Program-made: the position numbers and the translations under genes
Shown: one piece after another, positions 36,853 to 45,418 of the stretch
Numbering within the stretch: the first letter of the stretch is position 1
Layout of the letters: each line of letters begins with the position of its first letter
The notes under the pieces: model-generated
What the model was told of the DNA's origin: nothing
Seen by the model: the letters and a program-made list of their open reading frames with translations, nothing else
The model's database searches: none
Assembly (NCBI GenBank): GCA_045586505.1
Contig: JAZNAL010000026.1
Location: 11,345 to 75,344, forward strand
DNA: 64,000 nucleotides
Direction of reading: 5' to 3'
Origin: Candidatus Flemingiibacterium sp.
Lineage (GTDB): Bacteria > Bacillota > Clostridia > Oscillospirales > CAG-272

Positions 36853-37652
36853 TATTTATTCCCCAACAGCTTTATGGCATTTTCGCTACAGATTTTCTTC
36901 ATCAGCTCATCGGATAGTCCGAGGGATTCAACATACTCGTGGCCAAGATTCATTCCATACCACGGGAAGTCGCTGCCGAACAGTATTTTCTCGGGATCGT
37001 GATTGTTAAGCATCCGCGCATATTTGACAGGCTCAAGCCCGAACATCGGTGCAAGAGAGGTCTCGATCCACAGATTCTTTCCGATAAGCAGTCGCTCCGC
37101 CTCATCCCACTGCTTGCAGGCGCCCATATGCGCCGCGATAAATCTCAGCTCGGGGAATTTTTTCAGCACGTTAAGTATCCGCTCAGGCGTGCAGTGAATG
37201 AGATCGGGGGAGATAAAATCCCAGCCGGAATGAGTGATCAGAAACAGATCGTTTTCGATGCAAGCCTTGTATATGGGATCAAATTTCGCATCGTCCACAA
37301 GTACGCCCATGTAGTCGGGATGTATCTTGATGCCGCGGATACCGGCATCCGCAAGACGTCGCGCCTCCTCTGCGATATTATCGCTGTCGGGGTTAAGCGA
37401 GCCCAGCGCGTACAGTCGGTCATAGTTGGAATTGACCTCGATGGCGAAATTGTTGACATTTGTCTGCTGCTTTGGATTTGTGGCAATATTAAGTATGACC
37501 GCGCGGTCGATTCCCCACTCATCCATGCGGGAAATGAGGCTTGATACAGTACCGTCACCGTATGCTTCGATTCCGCCGATGCCCGCGAGCTTGGGGATCG
37601 CCTTTTCGGCGACCTTATCGGGAAATGCGTGGGTATGAAAATCTATTATCAT
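36852..37652 (-). CDS. Amidohydrolase-2 family TIM-barrel metal-dependent hydrolase
   Basis: The N-terminus MIIDFHTHAFP supplies the metal-binding HxH. Later conserved His/Asp residues lie in GIKIHPDY, ITHSG and FGSDFPW. Confidence 0.8.
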   Translation of the reverse strand: MIIDFHTHAFPDKVAEKAIPKLAGIGGIEAYGDGTVSSLISRMDEWGIDRAVILNIATNPKQQTNVNNFAIEVNSNYDRLYALGSLNPDSDNIAEEARRLADAGIRGIKIHPDYMGVLVDDAKFDPIYKACIENDLFLITHSGWDFISPDLIHCTPERILNVLKKFPELRFIAAHMGACKQWDEAERLLIGKNLWIETSLAPMFGLEPVKYARMLNNHDPEKILFGSDFPWYGMNLGHEYVESLGLSDELMKKICSENAIKLLGNK

Positions 37653-37796
37653 GGCAATAATCCTCGTTTATACGTTTTCTATATTGTACCACGGTTTCGG
37701 TGCGGAATAAACCCGATTTTGTAAACATTATCCGGCTATTGGTCAAAAAAGCATATACTTATATGAAAAATCAATGTAAAAAAAGCAAATTGCATA

Positions 37797-37825
37797 TTGC
37801 AAAATTCGAGATTTTGGTTTATAAT
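37797..37825 (+). promoter_or_regulatory. Sigma-A promoter of the decarboxylase cluster
   Basis: TTGCAA (37797-37802), a 17-nt spacer, then TATAAT (37820-37825). It leaves a roughly 105-nt leader. Confidence 0.65.
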
Positions 37826-37937
37826 ATATTTATAATGGGGGAGAATGGTATTTATGTGTCAAAATGTGATGTTCTTGACATAGTAACACCGCGATTCTCC
37901 GGAAAATAACAAGACTTTTCAACTTGGAGGTAAATAA

Positions 37938-39422
37938 ATGGAGAACAAAACGCAAAACAGTATGCCGAATGTTATCTCGGCTGCAGAGCTGCGTGCGATC
38001 GCCGAGAGTGAAGCATCCACCGCAAAAAGCCGCATCACAGCACTTTTTGACGCAGGAACCTTCGCTGAGACAAGTGCTTTCGCGCACAAGCTTGCCGCAG
38101 AATTCGGCGGTAGCGACAACGGCGAGCTTGAAGGCGTAGTTACCGGCTACGGTGCTATCGACGGCAGACTCGTATTCGCTTTCGTTCAGGATTTTTCCAG
38201 AATGAAGGGCGCAGTAGGCGCTATGCACGCAAAGAAGATCTGCGCGCTTTACGACCTCGCTGTGAAGAACGGCGCACCCGTGATCGGTATTTTCGACAGC
38301 GCAGGTGCTTATGTTATGGAGGGCGTTGAGGCTCTCGCAGGCTACGGTAAGATCATGAAAAAGGTATCCGATGCTTCCGGCGTGATTCCTCAGATTGCAG
38401 TTATTGCAGGCAACTGCGGCGGTGCTATGGCTACTGTGGCATCCATGTTCGATATCACCGTCGGCGCCAAGACCGGTGCTTTCTATGTAAATCCCCCCTT
38501 CGTATTAAACGAGCTTGACAAGAAGGCTGAGCTCGGTAAGATCGAGACCGCGGCAAAGAGCGGTCAGATAAGCGTAGTATGCGACACCGACACCGATGCG
38601 CTTGCATACGTAAGAAAGCTCCTTTCCTACATTCCTCAGAACAACGCGGACGGTACCGCTTACTCGGCTACCACCGACGAGATCAACCGTCTCACCCCCG
38701 ATGTTGCATCCATTATTGCATCCGAGGGCTACAAGATGGCAGACGTCATCTCCGCAATCTCCGATGACGCCGCATTCCTCGAGCTTTCGGAAGAGTATGC
38801 AAAGTCCATGCTCACCGGCTTTATTACGTTAAACGGCATGGTAGTCGGAATCGTCGCAAACAATCCCGCACACATCGGCGGCAAGATCTGCGGCGGTGCG
38901 GCTAAGAAGGCGGCAAGATTCGTTTCCTTCTGCGACTGCTATAAGATCCCGCTTCTCACACTCGTTGACACCGAGGGCTACGAGGTATCCGTTGAGGCTG
39001 AAAAGGCTCAGTACGGTGCAGCTCTTGCAAAGCTCGCTTCCGCATACGCATCAAGCGACAACGCGAAGGTTACCGTAGTGCTGGGCAAGGCTTACGGCGC
39101 GGCTTACACCCTCATGGGCTCTAAATCCATCGGCGCGGATATCGCACTTGCTTGCGAGACCGCCAAGATCAGCGCAATGCCCACAGCGAGCGCAGTCGCT
39201 TTCGCTTGGAACGACAAGGTCACCGACAACGCAAAGCGCGGTGAAGTCGAGGCACAGTGGGACAGCGTAATGGCATCTCCCGTCGTTGCCGCAAAAGCAG
39301 GAGAGATCGACGACATCATTTCTCTTGATGAGCTTCGTCAGCGCGCATCCGCCGCATTTGAAATGCTCGGCGCAAAGAACGCACTTTGCCAAAAGAAGCT
39401 CCACAACAACCTTCCTTTATAA
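37938..39422 (+). CDS. Acyl-CoA carboxyltransferase subunit (MmdA/GcdA/PccB family; divergent)
   Basis: GGAGG lies 7 nt upstream. It has two carboxyltransferase half-domains: GAVGAMHAKKICALYDLAVKNGAPVIGIFDSAGAYVMEGV and PLLTLVDTEGYEV...GKAYGAAY. The usual DSGGARIQEG block reads DSAGAYVMEG. Confidence 0.8.
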   Translation: MENKTQNSMPNVISAAELRAIAESEASTAKSRITALFDAGTFAETSAFAHKLAAEFGGSDNGELEGVVTGYGAIDGRLVFAFVQDFSRMKGAVGAMHAKKICALYDLAVKNGAPVIGIFDSAGAYVMEGVEALAGYGKIMKKVSDASGVIPQIAVIAGNCGGAMATVASMFDITVGAKTGAFYVNPPFVLNELDKKAELGKIETAAKSGQISVVCDTDTDALAYVRKLLSYIPQNNADGTAYSATTDEINRLTPDVASIIASEGYKMADVISAISDDAAFLELSEEYAKSMLTGFITLNGMVVGIVANNPAHIGGKICGGAAKKAARFVSFCDCYKIPLLTLVDTEGYEVSVEAEKAQYGAALAKLASAYASSDNAKVTVVLGKAYGAAYTLMGSKSIGADIALACETAKISAMPTASAVAFAWNDKVTDNAKRGEVEAQWDSVMASPVVAAKAGEIDDIISLDELRQRASAAFEMLGAKNALCQKKLHNNLPL

Positions 39423-39435
39423 TCGGGAGGGCATA

Positions 39436-39550
39436 AAGCCTGAAAAATGGATCATTTTTCAGACAATTAAGTTTTGTGCCTTTTGCATCTTCCATGCGAA
39501 TTTCCAAACGGAAACCACCACAAAACTTCATATTCGTTAGAAAGGAATGG
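39436..39550 (+). repeat. Intercistronic repeat element, copy B (between the carboxyltransferase and gamma-subunit genes)
   Basis: It is homologous to 20430-20543 in the same orientation, with the same hairpin layout and the same GAAAGGAATGG end. Confidence 0.8.
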
Positions 39551-39921
39551 TCATAAAAATGACTATAAATCCGCTTTTCCTTACCGAAGTCATCAAATAT
39601 GATGAACCTATGAGCTTTGCTGACGCCATCCCCTTTGGTCTTGAGACCGTGATTCTCGGCATGGGCGTAATTTTCTCGGTACTCATCATTCTTTGGGCTG
39701 TGCTTTCGGTGTTCAAGCTTGTATTCTACAAAAAGCCTTCCGATGTCTCTGAAGCTCCGGCACCCGCTCCCGCCCCTGCAGCAACTGCTAAGCCAGAGCC
39801 TGCCACCGCAGCCGATGACGCGGAGCTTGTAGCTGTCATCACCGCCGCCATCGCTGCTATGATGGACGCTCCCCAGACATCCTTCAGAGTCGTATCCTTC
39901 AGACGTACGGCAAAAAAATAA
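39547..39921 (+). CDS. Na+-decarboxylase small membrane subunit (OadG/MmdD type)
   Basis: A single TM helix (LETVILGMGVIFSVLIILWAVLSVF) is followed by an Ala/Pro-rich linker, and the gene lies in a decarboxylase operon. The start is ATG 39547 or ATG 39559 (MTINPLF). Confidence 0.7.
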   Translation: MVIKMTINPLFLTEVIKYDEPMSFADAIPFGLETVILGMGVIFSVLIILWAVLSVFKLVFYKKPSDVSEAPAPAPAPAATAKPEPATAADDAELVAVITAAIAAMMDAPQTSFRVVSFRRTAKK

Positions 39922-39943
39922 AATTATAAAGGAGAATTTTACA

Positions 39944-40321
39944 ATGAGAAGATTCAGTGTAACCGTTAACGGTAATGTATATGATGTAGAAGTTGAAGAG
40001 CTCGGCGCAGGCGTATCTGCTCCCGTCGCAGCTCCCGCTGCAGCTGCACCCGCTCCCAAGGCAGCTCCCGCTGCTCCCAAGGCTGCCGCTCCCGCAGGCA
40101 CTGCAGGCGCTGTAACCGTTTCCGCTCCCATGCCCGGCAACATCCTCAAGGTTAATGTTACCGTTGGTCAGACCGTAAAGAGCGGAGACGTTCTCTGTGT
40201 ACTTGAGGCTATGAAGATGGTAAACGATATTCCCGCTCCCAAGGATGGCACCATCGCATCTATCAACGTTCAGAAGGGCGCTTCCGTCAACTCCGGCGAC
40301 GTTCTCATTACCATGAACTGA
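39944..40321 (+). CDS. Biotin carboxyl carrier protein (MmdC / 1.3S-type)
   Basis: AAGGAG is the RBS. An Ala/Pro linker is followed by a biotinyl domain carrying LEAMKMVNDI (biotin-Lys in AMKM). Confidence 0.9.
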   Translation: MRRFSVTVNGNVYDVEVEELGAGVSAPVAAPAAAAPAPKAAPAAPKAAAPAGTAGAVTVSAPMPGNILKVNVTVGQTVKSGDVLCVLEAMKMVNDIPAPKDGTIASINVQKGASVNSGDVLITMN

Positions 40322-40350
40322 TACCTCGCAAAGTTTAAAGAGGTGCTGTC

Positions 40351-41619
40351 ATGTTAGAAACCATATACAACTTTCTTGAAACCACAGGCGTTGCCAGGCT
40401 CTTCACAGACGCAAACGGCAATGCACTTGCACCCGATTTCTGGTGGAAGACCATTGTCATGTGGTGCATCGCATTTACGCTCATCTATCTTGCGGTAGTC
40501 AAGAAGTTTGAGCCCCTGCTCCTGCTTCCCATCGCAACAGGTATGCTCCTCGCAAATCTCCCCGGTGCAAACCTTATTCACACCGACTTTTTCTTCGATG
40601 ATTACTACATCGAAAACGCACTTATTTCAGCCGAGCAATTAGCAGCAAACGACGGTCATGTCCCGCTCTCCATGATGCTCAAAGAGGTATTCAACAAGGG
40701 CGGTCTCATCGATATCCTCTACCTTGGAGTAAAGCTTGGCATCTATCCTTCGCTCATCTTCATGGGCGTCGGCGCGATGACCGACTTCACCTCGCTTATC
40801 GCTAATCCCAAAAGTCTTCTCATGGGTGCCGGCGCACAGCTTGGTGTATTCGTGGCATTCTTCGGCGCACTGCTCCTCGGCTTTACGCCCATGGAAGCAG
40901 GCTCAATCGGTATCATCGGCGGCGCGGACGGTCCCACGGCTATCCTTGTCACAAAGACCCTGGCGCCCCACCTCCTCGGAGCTATCGCTATCGCAGCATA
41001 CTCCTACATGGCGCTGATCCCGATCATTCAGCCTCCCTTCATGAAGCTGCTTACCACCAAGAAGGAGCGCGAGATCGTTATGACCGCACTCCGCCCGGTT
41101 AGTAGGACCGAGCTCATCATATTCCCCATCGTTGTTACCGTAGTCGTTGCCATCATCGTCCCCGATGCGGCTCCCCTGATCGGCTTCCTCATGTTCGGTA
41201 ACCTCATGAACGTCTGCGGCGTTACCGACAGAATTTCAAAGACGGCGCAGAACGAGCTTATGAACATCATGACCATCTTCCTCGGCGTATCCGTAGGTGC
41301 TACCGCAAATGCAGAGAACTTCCTCGCCGTTCAGACTCTCATGATCATCGCTCTCGGTCTTACCGCATTCTGCATCTCCACCTGCGGCGGACTTATCACT
41401 GGTAAGATCATGTGCTTTGTCACCAGGGGCAAGATCAACCCTCTCATTGGTTCCGCAGGCGTTTCCGCTGTTCCCATGGCGGCGCGTGTTGCTCAGGCAG
41501 AGGGTCAGAAGGCAAATCCCGCGAACTTCCTGCTTATGCACGCAATGGGTCCGAACGTCGCAGGCGTTATCGGCTCCGCTGTTGCGGCAGGCGTATTCCT
41601 TTCGATGTTCGCGAAATAA
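40351..41619 (+). CDS. Sodium-ion-translocating decarboxylase beta subunit (OadB/MmdB/GcdB)
   Basis: GAGGTG is the RBS. It is a polytopic membrane protein with the family block GIIGGADGPTAI and a conserved C-terminal region, GSAGVSAVPMAARV. Confidence 0.9.
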   Translation: MLETIYNFLETTGVARLFTDANGNALAPDFWWKTIVMWCIAFTLIYLAVVKKFEPLLLLPIATGMLLANLPGANLIHTDFFFDDYYIENALISAEQLAANDGHVPLSMMLKEVFNKGGLIDILYLGVKLGIYPSLIFMGVGAMTDFTSLIANPKSLLMGAGAQLGVFVAFFGALLLGFTPMEAGSIGIIGGADGPTAILVTKTLAPHLLGAIAIAAYSYMALIPIIQPPFMKLLTTKKEREIVMTALRPVSRTELIIFPIVVTVVVAIIVPDAAPLIGFLMFGNLMNVCGVTDRISKTAQNELMNIMTIFLGVSVGATANAENFLAVQTLMIIALGLTAFCISTCGGLITGKIMCFVTRGKINPLIGSAGVSAVPMAARVAQAEGQKANPANFLLMHAMGPNVAGVIGSAVAAGVFLSMFAK

Positions 41620-41659
41620 CTCCCTTTACATAAATCCGATATAATGGAGGAAAACATAA

Positions 41660-43057
41660 ATGGCTAAAGTAAAAATTACAGAAACCGTCCTGCGTGACTC
41701 GCACCAGTCTCTTGTTGCGACCCGTATGACGACTGAAGAAATGCTTCCCATTCTCGAAAAGATGGATGCCATCGGCTACCATTCTCTCGAAGCATGGGGC
41801 GGCGCTACCTTCGACTCCTGCATGAGATTCCTTAACGAGGATCCCTGGGAAAGACTCAGAAGGATCCGTGACAAGGTTAAGAACACCAAGCTCCAGATGC
41901 TGTTCCGCGGTCAGAACATCCTCGGATACCGCCACTATGCGGACGACGTTGTTGAATACTTCGTACAGAAGTCCATCGCAAACGGCATCGACATTCTCCG
42001 TATTTTCGACGCACTGAACGATCCCAGAAACTTAAAGACCGCGATAAACGCAACCAAGAAGGAAGGCGGTCATGTTCAGGCGGCTATTTCTTACACCACC
42101 GGTCCCGTTTACGACACCGAATATTACACCAAATACGCACGTCAGCTTGAAGAGATGGGCGCAGATTCCATCTGTATCAAGGACATGGCAGGTCTTCTCA
42201 AGCCCTACGATGCGTACGATCTCGTAAAGGCTATCAAGGAAACCGTCAAGGTTCCGATCCAGCTTCACACCCACTACACCGCAGGTGTTGCTTCCATGAC
42301 CCTTATCAAGGCTATCGAAGCAGGCGTTGACGTAGTGGACACCGCAATCTCCCCCATGGCTATGGGTACCTCCCAGCCTCCCACAGAGCCGCTGGTAGCA
42401 TCCCTTGCAGGCACCGAGTACGACACCGGTCTCGACCTTGCAAAGCTCGATGAGATCTCCAAGCACTTCATGCCTCTGCGCGAGAAGTACATGGAAAGCG
42501 GTCTTCTCGACCCCAAGGTGCTGAAGGTAGACGTAAACGCACTCCTCTATCAGGTACCCGGCGGAATGCTCAGTAACCTGGTTTCTCAGCTTAAGCAGGC
42601 AGGTAAGTCCGACAAGTTCATCGAGGTTCTTGAGGAAGTACCGCGCGTAAGAGCAGACGCAGGTTATCCTCCGCTTGTAACCCCCTCCAGCCAGATCGTT
42701 GGTACTCAGGCAGTATTCAACGTTATCATGGGCGAGCGCTACAAGAACGTTACCAAGGAATTCAAGGGTCTGGTTCGCGGTGAGTACGGTAAGTCTCCCA
42801 TGCCCATAAAGCCCGAGTTCCAGAAGCAGATCATCGGCGACGCAAAGCCTATTACCTACCGTCCCGCAGACGATCTGAAGCCTGAGCTTGATGATCTCCG
42901 CGAAAAGGTTAAGCCCTGGGCAATCCAGGACGAGGATGTACTCTCCTACGCACTCTTTGAGCAGGTAGCAACCAAGTTCTTTGAGTGGAGAAAGAATCAG
43001 CAGTACGGCATCGACGCAGATCATGCTGATGCCGAAAATAAGATCCACACTGTTTAA
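41660..43057 (+). CDS. Oxaloacetate/pyruvate carboxyltransferase (OadA N-terminal / transcarboxylase 5S / PycB type) lacking its own biotin domain
   Basis: GGAGG is the RBS. ITETVLRDSHQSL...LEAWGGATFD...LQMLFRGQN is the HMGL-like TIM barrel of OadA/PycB. The protein ends at 465 aa with no AMKM motif. Confidence 0.88.
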   Translation: MAKVKITETVLRDSHQSLVATRMTTEEMLPILEKMDAIGYHSLEAWGGATFDSCMRFLNEDPWERLRRIRDKVKNTKLQMLFRGQNILGYRHYADDVVEYFVQKSIANGIDILRIFDALNDPRNLKTAINATKKEGGHVQAAISYTTGPVYDTEYYTKYARQLEEMGADSICIKDMAGLLKPYDAYDLVKAIKETVKVPIQLHTHYTAGVASMTLIKAIEAGVDVVDTAISPMAMGTSQPPTEPLVASLAGTEYDTGLDLAKLDEISKHFMPLREKYMESGLLDPKVLKVDVNALLYQVPGGMLSNLVSQLKQAGKSDKFIEVLEEVPRVRADAGYPPLVTPSSQIVGTQAVFNVIMGERYKNVTKEFKGLVRGEYGKSPMPIKPEFQKQIIGDAKPITYRPADDLKPELDDLREKVKPWAIQDEDVLSYALFEQVATKFFEWRKNQQYGIDADHADAENKIHTV

Positions 43058-43069
43058 TTAAGACAAAAC

Positions 43070-43103
43070 CGAGGCGACGCTTATGGCGCCGCCTCGCGTT
43101 TTA
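43070..43103 (+). terminator. Intrinsic terminator of the decarboxylase operon
   Basis: A GC-rich hairpin, CGAGGCG...CGCCTCG, is followed by CGTTTTATGTACTTTTGTT. Confidence 0.7.
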
Positions 43104-43227
43104 TGTACTTTTGTTGAATAAAAATGGGGCTAACACAAAGTGAAAACATAATTGGTATCATGCCAATAAACAAGCTTGCTCTAATCTCCGACAACAGTAT
43201 ATTTCCTATGGTGTAACCCCATTAAAG

Positions 43228-43266
43228 CAAAAAATCTCGGTGTGACCTCGCGGTCACACCGATTTT
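43228..43266. terminator. Intrinsic terminator of the pepF-lipoprotein operon (minus strand; symmetric)
   Basis: An 11-bp perfect stem, TCGGTGTGACC-tcgc-GGTCACACCGA. On the minus strand it is followed by GATTTTTTGCTTT. Confidence 0.85.
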
Positions 43267-43267
43267 C

Positions 43268-43702
43268 TTATTTGCCGTACTGGGACTTGACCCATTCGGT
43301 CACATCCACAAACTGACGGTAATCATTCTCTGCGGGATATTTCACATAGATCACCGAAAAGGTCTCAGTGCTTGAATATATCTCACAGCCGTCGCACATC
43401 TGTGCGGTGGTAAGCTCCTCAGTGGGAACTCGGTTGGGATCCTCTCCCTCGGTACTGCCCGAGTATTCAAAGCCCGCGGGAAGCTCGTCGGTGAGGAGCT
43501 GTCCGTCCTGCAGATAGTCGTAGAAATCATAGCCGTACACACAGCCGTTATAATACACCAGCGCTCGCTGGATCTCGCCACTGGGATACCCCGTTTCGGT
43601 ACGCTGTACATCGGTTGTCTCACTGCCGTTCACAAATCTGCCGCAGGAAGCAGCCGTGAGGCATAAAACAGTGAGCAGTAATGCCATCAAACGTCTTTTC
43701 AT
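43268..43702 (-). CDS. Small lipoprotein of unknown function
   Basis: The signal peptide has a lipobox, LTAASC. The ATG lies 1 nt after the pepF stop. The protein is 144 aa and I recognised no family. Confidence 0.6.
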   Translation of the reverse strand: MKRRLMALLLTVLCLTAASCGRFVNGSETTDVQRTETGYPSGEIQRALVYYNGCVYGYDFYDYLQDGQLLTDELPAGFEYSGSTEGEDPNRVPTEELTTAQMCDGCEIYSSTETFSVIYVKYPAENDYRQFVDVTEWVKSQYGK

Positions 43703-43703
43703 A

Positions 43704-45383
43704 TCACTTCAAATACTCCGCTGCAGTCTCGCAGATCGACTTCAGTGCGCCGTCCTCGAAGGGTACGATAATATCAGCACGCTCGCAGAGTCCCACGAAG
43801 GTCTTTTTGCCGCCCTCCAAGACAAACTTGTAGTAGCGCTCCCACGCATCGGCGTAATCCTTCTGAGACATACTCCAGAATTCGAGAGATACCGTCTGTG
43901 CAAGGCAGTAGTCGATATAGTAGAAGGGATAGTGGTAGATGTGAAGCTGTCTCTGCCAGCCTCTGCCGCCTGCGTAGAAGTCCACGTCGCCGAACTGCAT
44001 ATACGGACGGTACATTGCCTCAAGTTTCAGCCACTCCTCATGACGCTGTGCCGGAGTAAGCTCAGGATTGTCGTACACGATATGCTGGAAATGATCCACC
44101 ATACAGCCGTAGGGAATGAAGATCAGCGCGGACTCGAGGTGCATATACTTTGCTCTCGGCGTATCGTCGCCGTAGAACAGATGCAGCCATTTCCACGCGA
44201 AAAATTCCATGGACATGGAATGACATTCACAGGACTCCATTGTGGGCTGAGCATTTTCCATGAACTCGAAATTGCGTGTGGTATATGCGGCAAATGCGTG
44301 ACCCGCCTCGTGGGTGAGAACGTCAACATCTCCCGATGTGCCGTTGAAGTTGGAGAAGATAAACGGTGCCTTATATTCAGGGAATTCGGTGCAGTAGCCG
44401 CCTACCGCCTTGCCTTCCTTGGCAAGTACATCAAGCAACTCGTTTTCGTACATAAAGTTAATGAATTCACCCGTCTGGGGGGACATTTCCTCGTACATCT
44501 GCTTACCCGCCGCCATAATATCATCGGGTGTACCCATAGGCTTGGGATTGCCCTCCTTGAAGCTGAACGGATCATCGTAGATACGCATCTCATCCGGAGT
44601 AAGCCCGATGCGCTCCGCCTGACGGCGCTTTAACTCCTTTACGATGGGCACGAGATCGGTAACCACCTGACGGCGGAAGTTTGCCACCATTTCGGGGTCG
44701 TAGCAGTTGCGCGTGCGGCGCATATACGCAAGCTCGGTAAAGCTCTTGAAGCCAAGCTTGTGAGCGATCTCTGTGCGAACCTTTACAAGCTCGTCAAAAA
44801 TGCCGTCAAGCTCCTCGGCGTGGGACATATAGAAGCCGCTTTCCGCTTTATATGCACCGTAGCGCACCTCGCGGTCGGGATTCTCCTTATACGCCGCAAG
44901 CTGTGAGATATTGAGAGTCTTACCGTCAAAATCGATCTTCGCGGATGCGATCAGCTTCTGATAGTCGGAAACCAGCTTGTTTTCGCGGCCGAGGAGGTCG
45001 ATGACCTCGGGAGAGAAGGTCTTAAGCTCCATCTCCATATTCTTGAACAAAAGCTCACCCGCAACATCGGAAACCGCACTTCTGTAGGGCGACTCCAGAA
45101 TCGCCAGCATCAGATTCTGCGAATGCTCCTGGAAAGCAGGCAATGCCATATCGTAAAACTCCTGCTCCGCCTCGTAAAACTTATCGCGTGTGTCGATGGA
45201 ATTGCGTACAGACGCGATGGAGATCATAGTCTGTGCATGAACGCTTAATTTTTCCTGCTGACGGAACGCTTCAAGGACAGTCGCGCCATCCTTTGCATTT
45301 TTGACCTTTTCGGTGAGCTTGTCCATCTCGGCGCCAAGCGCTTCGAGATCCACACGCTCATAGGGCATATCGCCAAATTTCAT
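43704..45383 (-). CDS. pepF: M3-family oligoendopeptidase F
   Basis: GGAGGT lies 9 nt upstream of ATG 45383. The zinc motif is LTHEAGHAF (HExxH). Size and layout fit PepF-type M3B peptidases. Confidence 0.88.
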   Translation of the reverse strand: MKFGDMPYERVDLEALGAEMDKLTEKVKNAKDGATVLEAFRQQEKLSVHAQTMISIASVRNSIDTRDKFYEAEQEFYDMALPAFQEHSQNLMLAILESPYRSAVSDVAGELLFKNMEMELKTFSPEVIDLLGRENKLVSDYQKLIASAKIDFDGKTLNISQLAAYKENPDREVRYGAYKAESGFYMSHAEELDGIFDELVKVRTEIAHKLGFKSFTELAYMRRTRNCYDPEMVANFRRQVVTDLVPIVKELKRRQAERIGLTPDEMRIYDDPFSFKEGNPKPMGTPDDIMAAGKQMYEEMSPQTGEFINFMYENELLDVLAKEGKAVGGYCTEFPEYKAPFIFSNFNGTSGDVDVLTHEAGHAFAAYTTRNFEFMENAQPTMESCECHSMSMEFFAWKWLHLFYGDDTPRAKYMHLESALIFIPYGCMVDHFQHIVYDNPELTPAQRHEEWLKLEAMYRPYMQFGDVDFYAGGRGWQRQLHIYHYPFYYIDYCLAQTVSLEFWSMSQKDYADAWERYYKFVLEGGKKTFVGLCERADIIVPFEDGALKSICETAAEYLK

Positions 45384-45418
45384 GTAAGTATACCTCCGAT
45401 TTTTTATTGTTTGTAGAA

